Source: Anaeramoeba ignava BMAN
Taxonomy: Eukaryota; Protista; Anaeramoebae
Reading direction: 5' to 3'
Length of the DNA: 64,000 bases
Assembly (NCBI GenBank): GCA_028826165.1
Contig: JAPDFW010000044.1
Coordinates: forward strand, 1-64,000
Part shown: positions 21,090 through 33,353 of the stretch, one piece after another
Numbering within the stretch: the first letter of the stretch is position 1
Layout: each line of letters begins with the position of its first letter
Position numbers and translations under genes: made by a program
Notes under the pieces: model-generated
Seen by the model: the letters and a program-made list of their open reading frames with translations, nothing else
Database searches by the model: none
What the model was told of the DNA's origin: nothing

Positions 21090-24000
21090 ATGAATAATAA
21101 ACCAGAATCAATAGACGATTCAAATCCTTTTAAAAGACAACCAAATAACACTTCAAATTCACAAACAAATCCTTTTCTAACTTCTTTTGCATTTCCTGAA
21201 CAAAATCAAAATATTCAAAAGTAATTTTATTTATTAAAACCTTATAATTTTTATTTTTCAATTCCTTTTATAAATTTTAAATTTGTTTTTTCTTATCTCT
21301 TCTTTCACTCCTTTTTTCTTTTTTGAAACAATTACTTTTTTTTCCTTTTTTTTTTTATCTTTTTTTAATTTATTTTTTTTTAATTTATTTTCTTTTTAAT
21401 AACGCTTTTATTCAATTAATTTTTTAATTTAAAATTTTTTTTTTTTTTTTTTTTGCTTTTTTTTTTAAATTAAAAATTTTAAAGTTCAAGAAATAATGAA
21501 GAACAACCAAATTCACTTGGAGATCCTCGTTTATTTTATCCTCCATTTCCTTTTGAAAATCAAATGCGATTTCCTAATAGGTAATTATGATCAAATTATT
21601 TATAAAATTAATTATAAAATTAATTATAAAATTATTTATAAATTATTTATAAAATTAAATATAAAATTAAATATAAAATTATTTATAAAATTAAATATAA
21701 AATTATTTATAAAATTATTTATAAAATTATTTATAAAATTATTTATAAAATTAAATATAAAATTATTTATTAAATTAATTATAAAATTATTTATAAAATT
21801 AATTATAAAATTATTTATAAAATTAATTATAAAATTATTTATAAAATTATTTATAAAATTAAATATAAAATTAATTATAAAATTATTTATAAAATTATTT
21901 ATTAAATTATTTATAAAATTATTTATAAAATTATTTATAAAATTAAATATAAAATTAAATATAAAATTATTTATAAAATTATTTATAAAATTATTTATAA
22001 AATTATTTATAAAATTATTTATAAAATTAATTATAAAATTATTTATAAAATTATTTATAAAATTATTTATAAAATTATTTATAAAATTATTTATAAAATT
22101 AATTATAAAATTAAATATAAAATTATTTATTAAATTAATTATAAAATTATTTATAAAATTAATTATAAAATTATTTATAAAATTAAATATAAAATTAAAT
22201 ATAAAATTAATTATAAAATTAATTATAAAATTAATTATAAAATTATTTATAAAATTATTTATTAAATTATTTATAAAATTAATTATAAAATTAATTGGTC
22301 GATTTTGCGAATAGATGATCGAAAAATTGGCCAAAAATCATTTTCTTTAATAACACATCTTTTTGAGCCATTTCTTTTGTTTGTTGTTGAGAAGAAAGGG
22401 GTCGAGAAAGTTTATAATACTGATAACAAAAATAAAACTTCTCAAATTTATTTTGCTTTTTTTTTCTTTTATTTGAATAACTTCTTGCAATTTTGAAATA
22501 ACCATTTTATTCTCAATAAGTTTTATATTTGTTTTTTATTTTTAAATTTGAATCAATTTAATTTATAGTTGAGATATAAGGAGTTCTTTTTCAAAACTAT
22601 TAAAATTTATATGTTCTCCCATTTTGGTAAAAAAATCACTCTATGCAAAAAGTTTGAAATTATATTTTATTGATGAAAAAGATATTCTTTTTTTTACCAA
22701 AATGGGAGAAGATGTCTAAAATACTCAAATAAAAAATGAACAAGAAAATTTCCATTGTATGTAATTGACATCTAAAAGAAATCAATAAAGAATTGTTGAT
22801 AACTTTTTGAAATATTTTGTCATTGTAATGAAATTAAAAACAAAGATCCTTTCATACAATGAAGAAAGAATAATCTGAAGAGATAATTTATTTTCAAAAT
22901 CTAATGAAAAGATTATTCTATTCTCTTAATTCATTTGTTAGAATAAAAAATCCAAAATCATTTGTCAAAGAAGAGAAAGAATCAAGAAGAGAAATTGAAT
23001 TGAATTGAGAGATTAGATGAGAAAAGAAACTATTGATTCAAATTGACAAAATCGATTCAAAATATGAAGAAAAAGAAAAAGAAAATTTTAATAAAGAATG
23101 AAAAAAACAATAAAAAATTTTGAATTTGGTTATTTCATTTTTAGTCAAAAAATCTCTTCTTTGTTTTTATCAGAAAAATAATCGATAACAAAGGAAATTA
23201 TTTCATATATTATCAATAACTCTCAAATTTAGAAAGATAGCATCTTTTCGCAAAATCGACCATTATAAAATTCATTTATAAAATTAAATATAAAATTATT
23301 TATAAAATTAATTATTAAATTATTTATAAAATTATTTATAAAATTATTTATAAAATTAAATATAAAATTATTTATTAAATTATATATAAAATTAATTATA
23401 AAATTAATTATAAAATTCATTTATAAAATTAAATATAAAATTAAATATAAAATTATTTATAAAATTAATTATAAAATTAAATATAAAATTATTTATAAAA
23501 ATTATTTATAAAATTAAAATATAAAATTAAATATAAAATTATTTATAAAATTAAATATAAAATTATTTATAAAATTATTTATAAAATTAAATATAAAATT
23601 AAATATAAAATTATTTATAAAATTAAATATAAAATTATTTATAAAATTATTTTATAAAATTAAATATAAAATTATTTATAAAATTATTTATAAAATTATT
23701 TATAAAATTATTTATAAAATTATAAATAGAATTATTTATAAAATTATTTATAAAATTAATTATAAAATTAATTATAAAATTATTTATAAAATTCATTATA
23801 AATTATTTATAAAATTAAATATAAAAATTAAATATAAAATTAAATATAAAATTAAATATAAAATTAAATATAAAATTAAATATAAAATTAAATATAAAAT
23901 TAAATATAAAATTAATTATAAAATTAAATATAAAATTAATTATAAAATTATTTTATAAAATTAATTATAAAATTAATTATAAAATTATTTATAAAATTAT

Positions 24001-27000
24001 TTATAAAATTAATTATAAAATTAATTATAAAATTATTTATAAAATTAAATATAAAATTAAATATAAAATTATTTATAAAATTATTTATAAAATTATTTAT
24101 AAAATTAAATATAAAATTAAATATAAAATTTAATATAAAATTTAATATAAAATTATTTATAAAATTATTTATAAAATTAAATATAAGATTAAATATAAAA
24201 ATCAAATATAAAATTATTTATAAAATTATTTATAAAATTAAATATAAAATTATTTATAAAATTATTTATAAAATTATTTATAAAATTATTTATAAAATTA
24301 TTTATTAAATTAAATATAAAATTATTTTATAAAATTAAATATAAAATTAAATATTAAATTATATATAAAATCAATTATAAAATTATTTATAAATTAAATA
24401 TAAAATTAAATATAAAATTATTTATAAAATTAAATATAAAATTAAATATAAAATTAATTATAAAATTCATTATAAAATTATTAATAAAATTATTAATAAA
24501 ATTAAATATAAAATTAAATATAAAATTAAATATAAATATAATTATAAAATTATTTATAAAATTAATTATAAAATTATTTATTAAATTATATATAAAATTA
24601 AATATAAAATTAAATATAAAATTAAATATTAAATTATTTATAAAATTAATTATAAAATTATTTATAAAATTAATTATAAAATTATTTATAAAATTATTTA
24701 TAAAATTAAATATAAAATTATTTATAAAATTATTTATAAAATTATTTATTAAATTATTTATTAAATTATATATAAAATTAAATATAAAATTAAATATAAA
24801 ATTATTTATAAAATTATTTATAAAATTAAATATAAAATTAAATATAAAATTATTTATAAAATTATTTATAAAATTATTTATAAAATTATTTATAAAATTA
24901 AATATAAATATAATTATTAAATTATTTATAAAATTATTTATAAAATTATTTATATAAATATAAAATTATTTATAAAATTAATAGACCCATACAACCACAG
25001 ATATTAATTCACCATAACTTTTTTCCCTTTGGAGCACGAACCAATGAAAATTACGAACAAAACCCATTCTATATAGATCCAATAAGAAAACTTTATCCAG
25101 GAATTGAACCACAAGAACGGTCTGAGGTAAATGAAACTGAAGGAGTAAGAATAGGGAATCAATTGCGAATTCCACAAGCATTACCAGAACACAACGGATT
25201 CAATCCATTAGCACCTTTCATGTTCCGGGAACAAACACGACCAGAAGCATTTATTCCCCAACAAAGCATCTCTCCGAACACAAACAACACTATGAATTCA
25301 CATGCAGAGGATCTGGAGTCGATATATCAAAATCACAGCGAAAATATTCAACATATCTCAAAATCAAGTGAGTCAAAATCGCGCAAAAACAAGAAACACA
25401 AAAAAGAAACAACAAAATCAAGTAAGAAAAAAGCGCGAACAATCTTTGTGCGTTCCAACAACAAGAAAAACGAGCAAAACGAAGTCCCAACTCGCGGTGA
25501 GCATCGATACATTCTTCAATGTGCAGGCAAATTTGGAATCAAAAGATTGCAACCGGTTTGGGATAGTTTTTCATTAAGAACTCGGATCCACCGCGAAAAA
25601 CACGGAATCAAAAAATCCTCAGTTGTGAAACATGAAAGATCACCAAAACCCCCTGAAGCTCTTAAGCATTTCTCTGATGTGGAATGGTTCGACGAAGAAA
25701 TGAGGATGGTCCGTTATTTTTTTGTTGTTTTCGGTCGCGACTGGCAAAAATTGTCAAGTTTACTCGGATTCATTAAAAGTCCAACACAAGTCAAGTCTTT
25801 ATATTACCGAAAAAGAGTGGAACTTTTTGCAGATGTTATTGGTCAAAATGAGATCTCAAGCCCTAATCTAAATTCAACGTCGAATTCTCATTCCACACGA
25901 AAGTCAAAAAAATCCGGAAAAAAATCAAAACATGGATCTGGCAATTCGCGAAAAACCTCACAAAACCGGTTTGAAAACGCCGGAGAAAATGAAGATGAGA
26001 CATTCGCAGAATTCAATCGAAAAAACATGACAGGAAATTTACCGAAAAACGGAATTCATTTTATTGAACTTTATGACCCACAATTTATAGCAAACGAGGA
26101 GATAATAGAAATATCAAAAGTACTTTTACAAGGTATGCCTCAGATAACTCTTCAAGAATTACAGACATGGAGTCCAATTCTGGAAAAAGTGACTATTCTT
26201 GGTCAAGAAAGCTCAGACATTCAAATTATAACTCAAACAGAAGATCTTAAACATAATTTCCCTCAACTTCAAATTACAGAGTCACATGTCTTTTATGCTG
26301 AATATCCTTCCCTTTTTGGTGACGCTTTTGATACCCTTAATATTGACGCTACTGTCCAATCTATTCGTTCCTCTTTTTCTCAAAGTCATGTAAACGTCAT
26401 TTTTAACCACTTCGTTGCTCTTCTTTTGGCATTGGCATATTCTATTGACTCCGCTCTTGCAGAACAAAAGTCTCTTGTTTTCGAAGATGAAAATGTCACT
26501 ATGAAACAACAACAAAATGAAAATGAAAATGAAAATGAAAATGCAAATGAAAATGAAAATGAAAATGAAAATGAATATGAAAATGAAAATGAAAATGAAA
26601 ATGAAAATGAAAATGAATATGAATATGAAAATGAAAATGAGAATGAAAATGAAAATGAAAATGAAAATGAAAATGAAAATGAAAATGAAACTGATGAAGA
26701 TTTTTATGAAACAAAACCTAAAAAAAACAAATCAAAAAAAAACAAAACAAAAAAGAAAAACAAGAAAAACAAAAAAAACAAGAAAAATAAGAAAAATAAG
26801 AAAAATAAGAAAAATAAGAAAAATAAACAAGGTTTTCTTGATTTTTCTCCAATTTTTCATAAATTGCCAGAAAACTCGATTGGAGAATTAACAACAGAAA
26901 ACATTGGATCTCTAAAATTTTTGCTTTCTTGGTTAGAAATTCGTTTAGAAGTTAGAAGATTATTGGCAATAAAAGCAGAACAAATTAGCAAACAACATAT

Positions 27001-27139
27001 TTCTAATTTTTTACAAATTACAGAAACAAATGATATTTTACAAAAAATGACAGAATTAGTCAATGAATTTGTTTTTTTTGAAGAATTTTTATTTGATCTT
27101 TCAAGTGGAATTTTCCTTTCCTTTTTAAAAACTCTTTAA
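21090..27139 (+). CDS. SANT/Myb-like domain protein; exons 21090-21220, 21485-21580, 24985-27139
   Basis: Splice phases join in frame to ORF 25163. SANT-like segment WFDEEMRMVRYFFVVFGRDWQKLSSLLGFIKSPTQVKSLYY; NE and KKN tracts. Confidence 0.75.
21592..24981. repeat. Intronic 12-bp satellite (ATAAAATTATTT / ATAAAATTAAAT / ATAAAATTAATT)n interrupted by a TIR element
   Basis: Tandem 12-mers on both sides of 22297-23261 within intron 21581-24984. Confidence 0.95.
22297..23261. mobile_element. 965-bp non-autonomous DNA transposon (MITE-like): 21-bp TIRs, 3-bp ATT target-site duplication
   Basis: Left end ggtcgattttgcgaatagatg; right end catcttttcgcaaaatcgacc (20/21 complementary). ATT lies at 22294-22296 and 23262-23264. 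Removing the element and one ATT restores the satellite unit ttaattataaaa. Confidence 0.92.
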
Positions 27140-28025
27140 TTTGATCTTTTTTTTTCTTTCTTAATCTTTTTTTTTTTTTCTTTTTGATCTTTTTTTATTT
27201 GTTGTCATTTTCTTTTATTCAAAAACAAAAATAAAAATAAAAACAAAAATAAAAACAAATATAAAAATAAAAACAAATATAAATAAAAATAAATGAGGAT
27301 TTTTGTTTTTAATTTTTTTGATCAAATTTTTATTTTTTTGATTAATAAAAAAAAAATAAATAAGAAATACCCCAAAATTAAATTAAAAAATTAAATTAAA
27401 AAAGTTAAATTAAAAAGTTAAATTAAAAAAGTTAAATTAAAAAATTAAATTAAAAAAGTTAAATTTTATTTTCAAATAATGAATTTTAAATGTTTAAATT
27501 TTGAACAATTTTTAAATCTAAAAATAATAAGTTTTTAATTAGAAAATAATTTAAAATAATAATTTCCAAAAAAAAAATAAATTTTGCCAACTCATTATCT
27601 TTTTAAATTTAAAATTTAATTAAAAAATTAATTTAAAAATTAATTTAAAATTAATTTAAACCTCCCCCATTTTGATCTTTTTAAATTTGAATTGAGATTA
27701 TATTATTTTTTACTTTAGAATTGTTTTGGTTCATTTTTTCTTTTTTATTCTCTTTATTTTATTTTTTTTAAATTAAAAAAAAAAACTTTTTTATTTTTTT
27801 TTTCATTTTTTTTTTTCTTTTTTGAATTAAATTATTTCTTTTTAATTCAATTAATTTCACGTTTTTAAACAGAATAACACTTAAAAAAAAAAAGTGCAAA
27901 AAAATAACAAAAATATATATAAAATAAAAAAACCAAAAAAAAAAATATTTAATTAATTTTTAATCGGTTTTTTTTAAAGATTATTAAAAAAAATATCTTT
28001 TTAAATTATTTATCAAAAAAAATCA

Positions 28026-31000
28026 ATGGGAGATAAAGATCTTATCTATAAACATCCTCGAAACACTTATGAAAATTATATAAATATTTATTTCCTTCAA
28101 AATATCCATAAAGGCGAAAAATTTTATGTTTTTGGAAAAGCACAAAAAAGTTGGAATAAACATAAAAACAATTCCCAATTTATTGAAGAATATATTTCAC
28201 AAAATTCATCACATTTTCCAAAAAATCAAAATCAAAATGAAAATAAAAATGAAAATGAAAATAGAAATCAAAATAAAAATCAAAATAAAAAAGCAACAAA
28301 AAAAAAACCGAAGAAAAAAAAGAAGAAGAAAAAATCAAAACAAAAAAATCAAAAATCAAGTAATAAAACGCAAGAATCCGAACAATATATTTCAGTTTTT
28401 GTCAATGATTTTTTAAGTGGATTTGGAAATCAAAATCTTTTCCAAAAAAGAAAGAAAGATTTTTATTGTTTTCAAAATGTATCTAAGCAATGGTGGAGTT
28501 ATCTTCAACTTAAAACTGAATATACCAATGGTTTGAAACGTGCTCCTCAAACTAGCACTATTCTTTCTCAAAGCATCCAAAATGTTGATGAAAAGGCTAA
28601 TTTTTTAAAAAATATTTTGGTAGAAAATCGTCATTTTTTTGAAAATTCTGTTCCTGATTTATCTGATGAAACTTTCAATCAATTTGATAATAAAAATGAA
28701 AATCAAAATCAAAATGAAAATCAAAATCAAAATCAAAATCAAAATCAAAATGAAAATGAAAATCAAAATCAAAATCAAAATCAAAATCAAAATCAAAATC
28801 AAAATCAAAATCAAAATCAAAATCAAAATCAAAATCAAAATCAAAATCAAAATCAAAATCAATTTGATAATAAAAATGAAAATCAAAATCAAAATCAAAA
28901 TCAAAATCAAATTAAAAATCAAAATCAAAATCAAAATCAAAATCAAATTAAAAATCAAAATCAAAATCAAAATCAAAATCAAAATCAAAATCAAAATCAA
29001 AATCAAAATCAAAATCAAAATCAAAATCAAAATCAAAATCAAAATCAAAATCAAAATCAAAATCAAATTCAAAATCAAAATCAAATTAAAAATCAAATTC
29101 AAAACCATGATATACATTGTCTCTGCTCTTTATGTCTTTCAAATTTTTTACAAAATACTTGCACAGAATTTAATAATTTTGTATCGTTAATTTTTGCAGC
29201 AAAAAAAAGATTGAGAAAAAGAATATATAGACAAAGAGCATTAGATAAAAAGAAAAAAGAAAAAAAAGAAAAAAAAGAAAAAAAAGAAAAAAATAATAAA
29301 AATAAAAATAAAAATAAAAATAAACAAAAAAAACGCAAAAATGTCATTTCATCAAATCAACTTAAAGATGAAAAAAAGCAACAAAACACAGTAAAGAAAC
29401 ATAAAACCAGAAATAATACTTCTCAAAAAAAAACTCAAAAAAGTATACAAGCTCCGGATTCAGATTCCACTAATTTACATAAAAAATCAAAACCTATCAC
29501 AAGATCACAAACTAAACTTAATCAAGAATTTACAACTTCAAATTCAAGTCCAAAATTTCATTCGAAAAATAATGAAAATGAATATGACTATGAAAATGAA
29601 TATGAAAATGAAAATGAAAATGAAAATCAATATGAAAATGAAAATGAAAATGAAAATATAAATGAAAATCAAATTCAAATTCAAAATGAATATAGTTTTA
29701 ATGTAGATGAACTTGATGAAAAACTTGATCCATCAAAATCAACTTTACAAGATATACTTGAAAATATAAATAAAAATGCATTAAATAAATACGAAAAGCA
29801 AAATCAAAATAAATATCAAAATCAAAATCAAAATATAAATCAAATTCAAAATCAAATTCCAATTCAAAATCAAAATCAAAATCAAAATAAATATCAAAAT
29901 CAAAATCTAATTCAAAATCAAAATCAAAATTCAATTCAAAATCAAAATATAAATCAAAATGAAAATGAAAATCAAAATAAATATCAAAATCAAAATCAAA
30001 ATCAAAATTCAATTCAAAATCCAATTCAAAATATAAATCAAAATCAAAATTCAATTCAAAATCAAAATATAAATCAAAATCAAAATCAAACATTAATTCA
30101 AAATCAAATTCAAAATCAAAATCAAATTCCAATTCAAAATATAAATCCAATTCAAAATTCAATTCAAAATTCAATTCAAAATCCAATTCAAAATATAAAT
30201 CAAAATCAAACATTAATTCAAAATCAAATTCAAAATCAAAATCAAATTCCAATTCAAAATCCAATTCAAAATATAAATCAAATTCAAAATCAAAATCAAA
30301 ATCAAAATCCAATTCAAAATCAAACATTAAATCAAACATTAAATCAAACACTAAATCAAACACTAAATCAAACACTAAATCAAACATTAAATCAAACACT
30401 AAATCAAAATATTCAAAATCACCATCTGTTCGTTCCTCATCCAATATTCTCACCACAAAATTTGTTCATTAATAATGCAACCCAACCATCGCATAACTTT
30501 GAAAAACCAACACTCTTTCTTTGCTTTAATCTTGGTTATTGGGATGAAGTTGAAACACAATTGATTCACTTAATAAATTCAGGAAAAAAATTATTTCCAT
30601 TGAATACAGATTTATTTGCGAGTTTCATAGCAGAAATGAAAGACATGAATATCACATCACTTGAATATGTAAGACAAAAATACTGTATATCTCAAGAATA
30701 TTCATGCAACTTGGAATATCAAATTGTTTGGAGTTGCCCTGTGATTTTGGTCAAAAAAAATAATCAATCCTTGTTTGTTAACATACACAAGCTCACTGAA
30801 GGTTCTTTGCTATTGGATCTCATCAAATTTGGAAAGATCGAAGTTCCAAACAATATTTATCAGGAAATCAAAGACTCACTTGAACATGAACTAGAAAAGA
30901 AAAACGAAAAAACACGTTTAAAATATCAAATTCAAAGCAATTATCAAAATGAAAAATTAAAACGTCAACAAAACATGGATATTGAAATTTACAAAAATCG

Positions 31001-33098
31001 AATCATGGATTATGATCTTCGTGGGTTGTTTCATACAGAGCGAGTTGAGCGACCCGCATTCATATCAACACTACCAAAATACATCAGTAATTTACTGCAA
31101 ATGATTCACCATCAATCCACAAGCTCTACTAAAAAACACGAGCATTTTGTGCCTCCTCAAAGATATTCGCCATTCACGACAATATCTGTGAAAAACCCGC
31201 TTACTAACCAGCCATCTATTATCAAACTGAAACATCCTGATTACTATTATTGTAGAACACTTGTGCAATATTTATACGAAATGACAACTATGTGTTCTGA
31301 TGAATGCTTGATGCTATCATGCGGAAATAAGAGAAATATTTACATCGGCACTCCTGCTGTTAATCACGACTTCCAAATCAACGAATTCTTTACTAAACAA
31401 GAACGTCATATGGCTGAATTGGAATATATGACAGGCATGTATCAACAACTTATCAAGTTTCCTCAATCAAATGATCAAACTTTTCGTAGTTATTCTCCCC
31501 CAAGTTATAGTTTTGACCCCTTTATCCGCGCAAATAAAAGAAATACTTATGTTTATAATAATGGTGGGAATGATAGTCAGAATTCTTCTTTTCAACATCA
31601 TAGTCCAACTCCATATCCTGGATATATTTTGATCTCAACAGGTTATATGATTCTTGAGAATAATCGAAATTTATATGAAAATCAACATGCGAAACAAAAT
31701 TTCAATTTGAATATAAATTCAAATTCAAATTCAAATCAAAATCAAAATCAAAATCAAAATCAAAATCAAAATCAAAATCAAAATCAAAATCAAAATCAAA
31801 ATCAAAATCAAAATCAAAATATGAATCAAAATTTCAATTTGAATTTTAATATAAATCAAAATCAAGATATGAACCAAAATTTAAATCAAAATCAAAATCC
31901 CAATCAAAATATAAATCAAAATCAAAATCAAAATTTCAATTTGAATATATATACAAATCAAAATCAAAATCAAAATCAAAATCAAAATCAAAATCAAAAT
32001 TTCAATTTTAATATAAATCAAAATATATATCAAAATCAAAATGAAAGTTTCAATCTAAATCAAATATACACAGATTTCTTGGGAAGAAAACACTTCTACT
32101 CACCAAAAACTCAGGCTTCACACGTTGTATCACGAGGATCAAGATTTTTACTACCAACAGCAGAATCACATGCAAACGATCTTTATGAAATTTTGAAGAA
32201 AAACAACAAACCAATAGTATCACTTGTTGTGGATGGAGGAAATCCAGAAATGGATCCTAGCTCTCTTCTGGCAACAATATACTACGGACGGCTGTGGAGG
32301 GATTTGAATATCGACATGCTCAATGTTGCTTGTCATTCGCCAGATGCAAACAAACATAATCCAGTTTCGAAACTATGGGAACATTTAAGACAACCACTTC
32401 AAAATGTCACTTTTTCCGCAGTTCTTCCAGGAGAACAACTCCCGCCATTTCTTCAAACAAATCTTTCTGAAGAAGAACGCAAAAGAAAGGAACATGATGT
32501 GTTTCATCTTGCACTTGAAAAATTAACAAGTATTTGGCAAGGCAAAAAATTTCACGATCAGGAAATCAACTCTGTTTTTAAACACGATATGCAAGAACAT
32601 CCTTATAAGGATTACCACTTGATCCAGAAATTCTTATCGGCGCCTTTGGATGAAATCGAGAATAATTCCGAGCTCAGAAAACTTCGTAACGAGATCAGCT
32701 TCTTTCTCAAACATATCGATCGCAAGTTCCATTTTCTTTCTTTTCGCAAATGTATTTCTAATAAATGCGTTTTTTGTCAGGAACATCAATTACGATCCAA
32801 AAGCGTTTTCTCCATTTTAAAACACAATGATTTCCGTCTCTTTCTTCCTGTGCCTTCACTTCAATTTCCTGGTCATTATTCTTCTTTTTTGGAAGTGATC
32901 CAAAAAAAATCTCAACAAGTCACTGATTTTTGTCTTCCTTCAATCTCCAAAAATGAATATGTCCAGTATTTTTTTTGCAGAGCCTTGCAGAGATGTAAAT
33001 ACTTCTCTTTAAATCGAGAAGATTTGGATCGTCATGAACAAATTTTTCACAGTTCAAAAAATAATCCAAATTGTCAATCTTTTTACGAAGATTTTTGA
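28026..33098 (+). CDS. 1690-aa intronless NQ-rich protein with a C-terminal Zator-like DDE transposase-derived domain (catalytic residues degenerate) and a terminal C2H2-like finger
   Basis: Motif order HPDYYYCRTLVQY..E, SCGNKRNIYIGTPAV, PGYILISTGY, TAESHANDL, VVDGGNPE, GRLWRDLNIDML...SPDANKHNPVSKLW, then CRALQRC-x12-HEQIFH. Recognised from memory of the family, not from a database search. Confidence 0.65.
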   Translation: MGDKDLIYKHPRNTYENYINIYFLQNIHKGEKFYVFGKAQKSWNKHKNNSQFIEEYISQNSSHFPKNQNQNENKNENENRNQNKNQNKKATKKKPKKKKKKKKSKQKNQKSSNKTQESEQYISVFVNDFLSGFGNQNLFQKRKKDFYCFQNVSKQWWSYLQLKTEYTNGLKRAPQTSTILSQSIQNVDEKANFLKNILVENRHFFENSVPDLSDETFNQFDNKNENQNQNENQNQNQNQNQNENENQNQNQNQNQNQNQNQNQNQNQNQNQNQNQNQNQFDNKNENQNQNQNQNQIKNQNQNQNQNQIKNQNQNQNQNQNQNQNQNQNQNQNQNQNQNQNQNQNQNQIQNQNQIKNQIQNHDIHCLCSLCLSNFLQNTCTEFNNFVSLIFAAKKRLRKRIYRQRALDKKKKEKKEKKEKKEKNNKNKNKNKNKQKKRKNVISSNQLKDEKKQQNTVKKHKTRNNTSQKKTQKSIQAPDSDSTNLHKKSKPITRSQTKLNQEFTTSNSSPKFHSKNNENEYDYENEYENENENENQYENENENENINENQIQIQNEYSFNVDELDEKLDPSKSTLQDILENINKNALNKYEKQNQNKYQNQNQNINQIQNQIPIQNQNQNQNKYQNQNLIQNQNQNSIQNQNINQNENENQNKYQNQNQNQNSIQNPIQNINQNQNSIQNQNINQNQNQTLIQNQIQNQNQIPIQNINPIQNSIQNSIQNPIQNINQNQTLIQNQIQNQNQIPIQNPIQNINQIQNQNQNQNPIQNQTLNQTLNQTLNQTLNQTLNQTLNQTLNQNIQNHHLFVPHPIFSPQNLFINNATQPSHNFEKPTLFLCFNLGYWDEVETQLIHLINSGKKLFPLNTDLFASFIAEMKDMNITSLEYVRQKYCISQEYSCNLEYQIVWSCPVILVKKNNQSLFVNIHKLTEGSLLLDLIKFGKIEVPNNIYQEIKDSLEHELEKKNEKTRLKYQIQSNYQNEKLKRQQNMDIEIYKNRIMDYDLRGLFHTERVERPAFISTLPKYISNLLQMIHHQSTSSTKKHEHFVPPQRYSPFTTISVKNPLTNQPSIIKLKHPDYYYCRTLVQYLYEMTTMCSDECLMLSCGNKRNIYIGTPAVNHDFQINEFFTKQERHMAELEYMTGMYQQLIKFPQSNDQTFRSYSPPSYSFDPFIRANKRNTYVYNNGGNDSQNSSFQHHSPTPYPGYILISTGYMILENNRNLYENQHAKQNFNLNINSNSNSNQNQNQNQNQNQNQNQNQNQNQNQNQNQNMNQNFNLNFNINQNQDMNQNLNQNQNPNQNINQNQNQNFNLNIYTNQNQNQNQNQNQNQNFNFNINQNIYQNQNESFNLNQIYTDFLGRKHFYSPKTQASHVVSRGSRFLLPTAESHANDLYEILKKNNKPIVSLVVDGGNPEMDPSSLLATIYYGRLWRDLNIDMLNVACHSPDANKHNPVSKLWEHLRQPLQNVTFSAVLPGEQLPPFLQTNLSEEERKRKEHDVFHLALEKLTSIWQGKKFHDQEINSVFKHDMQEHPYKDYHLIQKFLSAPLDEIENNSELRKLRNEISFFLKHIDRKFHFLSFRKCISNKCVFCQEHQLRSKSVFSILKHNDFRLFLPVPSLQFPGHYSSFLEVIQKKSQQVTDFCLPSISKNEYVQYFFCRALQRCKYFSLNREDLDRHEQIFHSSKNNPNCQSFYEDF

Positions 33099-33353
33099 AA
33101 AAGAAATTTTTTCTTTTCTTCTTTTTTTTTTTTCCATTTTTTTTTTTGTATTGATTTCCTTTTTTTTTTTTGAGAAAACAAAACATTACAAATAAAACAA
33201 AAAAAAAACAAAATAAATTTTAATCTTTTTAACGGTTCTTTTCTTTTCTTTTTTAAATCTTTTTTTTTTTAACGTTTTTTAATTTATTTTTCTTTTTACA
33301 TTTTTTTTTTTAATATAAATTTTATTCAAAAAATTAAATTCAAAATTAAAATC

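Noticed and set aside
27140-33350. The 1690-aa gene as the autonomous partner of the TIR element
   Set aside because: No matching TIRs flank it and two of the three putative catalytic residues are substituted.
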